DNA of 55,398 nucleotides, taken from the NCBI GenBank assembly GCA_002269645.1, contig NIVC01004205.1, positions 1 through 55,398 of the forward strand. Direction: 5' to 3'. Positions 34,148 through 55,398 of this stretch are shown here, piece after piece; the first letter of the stretch is position 1, and each line of letters begins with the position of its first letter. This stretch comes from Macrostomum lignano (Eukaryota). Position numbers and translations under genes: made by a program. The notes below the pieces were generated by a model that was not told where the DNA came from, did not search any database, and saw only the letters and a program-made list of their open reading frames with translations.

Positions 34148-34192
34148 TTAGGGTTAGGTTAGGGTTAGGGTTAGGGTTAGGGTTAGGGTTAG
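34148..34192 (+). repeat. Interstitial telomeric repeat, ~7 TTAGGG units
   Basis: TTAGGG TTAGG (TTAGGG)5 TTAG at the position homologous to 23169-23230. Confidence 0.95.
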
Positions 34193-34451
34193 AAGGTTGA
34201 CAGATATTTTTAGATTTCCAAGGCTTATTGGGGGCATTGCTGAGATGTCAAGGGGGGAAGTTGATATGTTAAAGCTGGGGGGGGGGAATTACTGACATGT
34301 CAAGGCTTACAAGGTTTGACAGGAGATTTTTTAAGATTTCAAGGATGCATGTAGCTTATTAAAAAAACGTGTATAGCATTTCTTTGGCTCCCCAACGGGG
34401 GGGCGTAGATTGCTAGTAATGAACTATAGTTGGAAGTTTGAAATTTATGTG

Positions 34452-34719
34452 CCAGCGATCCAGGCTCGATTTCAAGTGCATTCGCATTCATTTTGGGTTA
34501 AACTGGAATCTCGGCTTGGCTCTGCTCGTGCAATTACGAGCTAAGGGTCTTTAGGGCCAACTCCCAAAGAGACAGTGAAGTGTACATGCCCAACGATAAA
34601 TAAAGCTAGGGCCGTGCTGTACACTCCTGTGTGAGTGTGTGCCTGTGCGTATGACTGCTTACGTATCCGCGCGCTTGTGTGCCTGCTCAGGGGAGTCGGA
34701 GGAATGGGCAGTAATGCCT
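34452..34719 (+). mobile_element. Dispersed repeat, copy 1 of a putative tRNA-derived SINE
   Basis: CCAGCG..CAGGCTCGATT.CAAGTGCA..GGAATCTCG.CTTGGCTCTGCTC.TGCAATTA and GCTTGTGTGCCTGCTCAGGGGAGTCGG.GGAATGGGCAGTAA are shared with 42577-42766. Confidence 0.65.
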
Positions 34720-36763
34720 CTCTGTAGTTGTGCGACAATGTCGCTTAAAGTGCGCCATGGTGCACACATGCTAGCAAGCGGTTTGCAAGAATACGAGCGC
34801 CTATCAGGCAGGCAAGGGAGAAAGATAGAAAAGTGAGGTAGCTAAGGCAAAATATCGGACGCAGGGGATATCCGATTGCAACGAACACTCCCCATGCATT
34901 CCGTTTCAAAGAGGTGCAAAATCGCCAACCTCAGTTTCGTACCATTTCTAATTATCGAGCGAGGATAAAAAAGTCTGGCAATTTTCCTCTGATCCTAATT
35001 CCTAATTCCCCTATCTAAAACGGGCATTTCTCCAAATCATCCCTCTCGTGCCAACTTCCCGCGGGTTCCTGCTTAATACGCGTCAACGGGCCGCCAATGG
35101 CCACTCGGCTGTTTGGAATCCAATCCACCCCTTCACCGCCCTACCTGGGCCCGCTGTTAGCGGAACTCCCTGCGACCAAATGCTACCTGAGCCCCAGGCT
35201 CCCGGCCCTCTTATCTAGACCGCGCCGATGCTGACAGGGCCAGGGGAAGGACAGCAATTTTCAGAAATTTCGCTCACCAAATTCTTCTTCTAGAAGGCAA
35301 ACTTTGCGGTGGTTTTTCGATTTCTCTGATCGGCCTCTCTTCTGCTCTCCCCAGAGACTGAGAGCTCGAGAAGGGAGGGACGGAGAATAATCAGAAGCAT
35401 AGCAACCTTTTCATTCTAGCAGTTCCTTGCTAATAGTTGCCGCTATAAGAAGCGTTGAATTTCTTTTCATCGGAGAGAAATTGAAGATTCTTGGAAAGCA
35501 GAAATTTTTCTGGCTCGATTTCATCTGCTTTTTAGGTAAGGTTCGTTAAGATTATTGAAAATTGTGCTCCGATTCCATTAGTGTCCAGGTGGAAATTGAC
35601 ACCTAAACACTTTTTTTGCTCTTGTTAAGTTTTTTAAACTTAGCCATAGTCTAGCTCGCAGTAAAGCATAGCAATGTCTGATGCCAAATCAGATCAAATC
35701 AGGACAAAAAATTAGTCGCTGCAACAATAAGGGACCTACGGTATTTTGGATGAGCCCCCCTTTGATTCCGACATAGCTATTGTCACTTTTGTCAGAATCA
35801 GGCTAATCCCGAACCGATTTCGCACCGAGCCGCTATGAACTTTATCCAACCCGGAGGAATGTGACATTTTCTCACTGGCAGCGACCTCGCCGATTGTGGC
35901 ATCCTTATTGCAGAACAGCATTGCAACTAACCAAAGAATTAAGCACTTCCCGCTCTTTCGCTGCAGTGTCCAACCTCTTTATCAGGCAGGCCTGTCGCTT
36001 TAGGCAGCAGGCCAAATCCAAGTCGTAAAATGGGCCTCGCCGTTTCACCTCTCGCAGGCTTTTGTCGTAGAACTAGCCCCAGTGCAATGTCGAAATGTCG
36101 CTGTAAACTGCAACTGAAGCTGCAGGGGGCACTCACTGGCTCCCATCTCCCTATTACTTTTCCTGTCCGTTTTATTCACTGATGAGCCGGCGGCTTTAAA
36201 CTGCAGCAGAAGACGGCGGTACCTTTATTTTTGTTGCGTTAAATTGTTGCTATAGCGGTATCACCCTGTATGCACTAACAAAATGCTACGCCTTGGCACC
36301 CGATCGCTTGTGGCATTCCACTTCGGACAGGATAGAGAGGGTGTCAGAGCGAGAGGCTGGGCACCCCTCATCCCTGGGCTAGCTTCATTTTTTATCTTCG
36401 CGCGAGGTATGCGATGTTGGTTAAAGACATGCGTTCTCCACCACTCAGCCTATTCTATGTTGCTATGGGCTAGGGATCGTCTGATTGGGGCCAGTGCGCA
36501 GGTGAATAAATGGAATACCTGGAAGTTCCAGTTCTGATGCATCTTCATTTATACTCTAGCTGGCTAGTTAGACCCTGGTCATCGAACCTCACCGTCACAC
36601 ACCCCCAAAAAACACAGATACTTGCTTTTTATTACACTCAGGAAGTCGGCTACAACAGAATTCCTTGGATTTGAAGGAAGAACTACACTAAAACAACAAT
36701 ACGCCTGTTCTAGCATAGCGCCTCAGTATAAATCCGCTTTTGTTTACGCTTCTTGCCTTGCAG

Positions 36764-55398
<18,635 letters not shown>

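Larger units (their letters stand above)
16992..34416 (+). mobile_element. Head-to-tail train of non-autonomous Helitrons
   Basis: 5' ends TCC(T/A)ATATACTAAAAAT at 16992, 17657, 23458 and 31461 (degenerate at 27074). 3' ends are a CCCCAACGGGG-type hairpin about 11 nt before CTAG at 23457, 27073, 29996, 31460 and 34416. Outer flanks are A (16991) and T (34417). No RepHel ORF. Confidence 0.85.
31461..34416 (+). mobile_element. Helitron unit H5, sister copy of H1 with a shorter S1 array
   Basis: CTAG|TCCTATATACTAAAAATG at 31460/31461. Same 5' block, S1 array and ~1.1-kb 3' block as H1. Ends GGCTCCCCAACGGGGGGGCGTAGATTGCTAG|T. Confidence 0.85.

Noticed and set aside
23169-34192. TTAGGG tracts as a real chromosome end or fusion site
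   Set aside because: They are short, same-orientation tracts embedded at homologous positions in two repeat copies, with genes on both sides.

Overview
Invertebrate nuclear DNA (TTAGGG repeats, GT-AG introns, a twitchin-type gene; a lophotrochozoan such as a free-living flatworm is my guess, not shown). Genes: a two-exon F-box protein, an intronless DEG/ENaC channel preceded by a decayed paralogous fragment, an uninterrupted TET dioxygenase ORF, and part of a twitchin/projectin-like Ig/Fn3 gene. One 9.4-kb twitchin intron holds an antisense multi-ubiquitin-like-domain gene and a Penelope-like retroelement. The most notable structures are: (1) a 17.4-kb head-to-tail train (16992-34416) of non-autonomous Helitrons joined CTAG|TC, carrying different but related satellite arrays, two of them with (TTAGGG)n tracts; (2) a Penelope-like element with a minimal hammerhead ribozyme, flanking ~310-bp (CT)n tracts and a GIY-YIG module that seems to sit inside the RT C-terminal extension; (3) a TET that keeps all Zn and Fe ligands but has substitutions at the 2-oxoglutarate-binding Arg and the base-binding Asn. 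Most frameshifts fall in homopolymers and look like long-read consensus errors. All calls were made by eye; no alignments or database searches were run.
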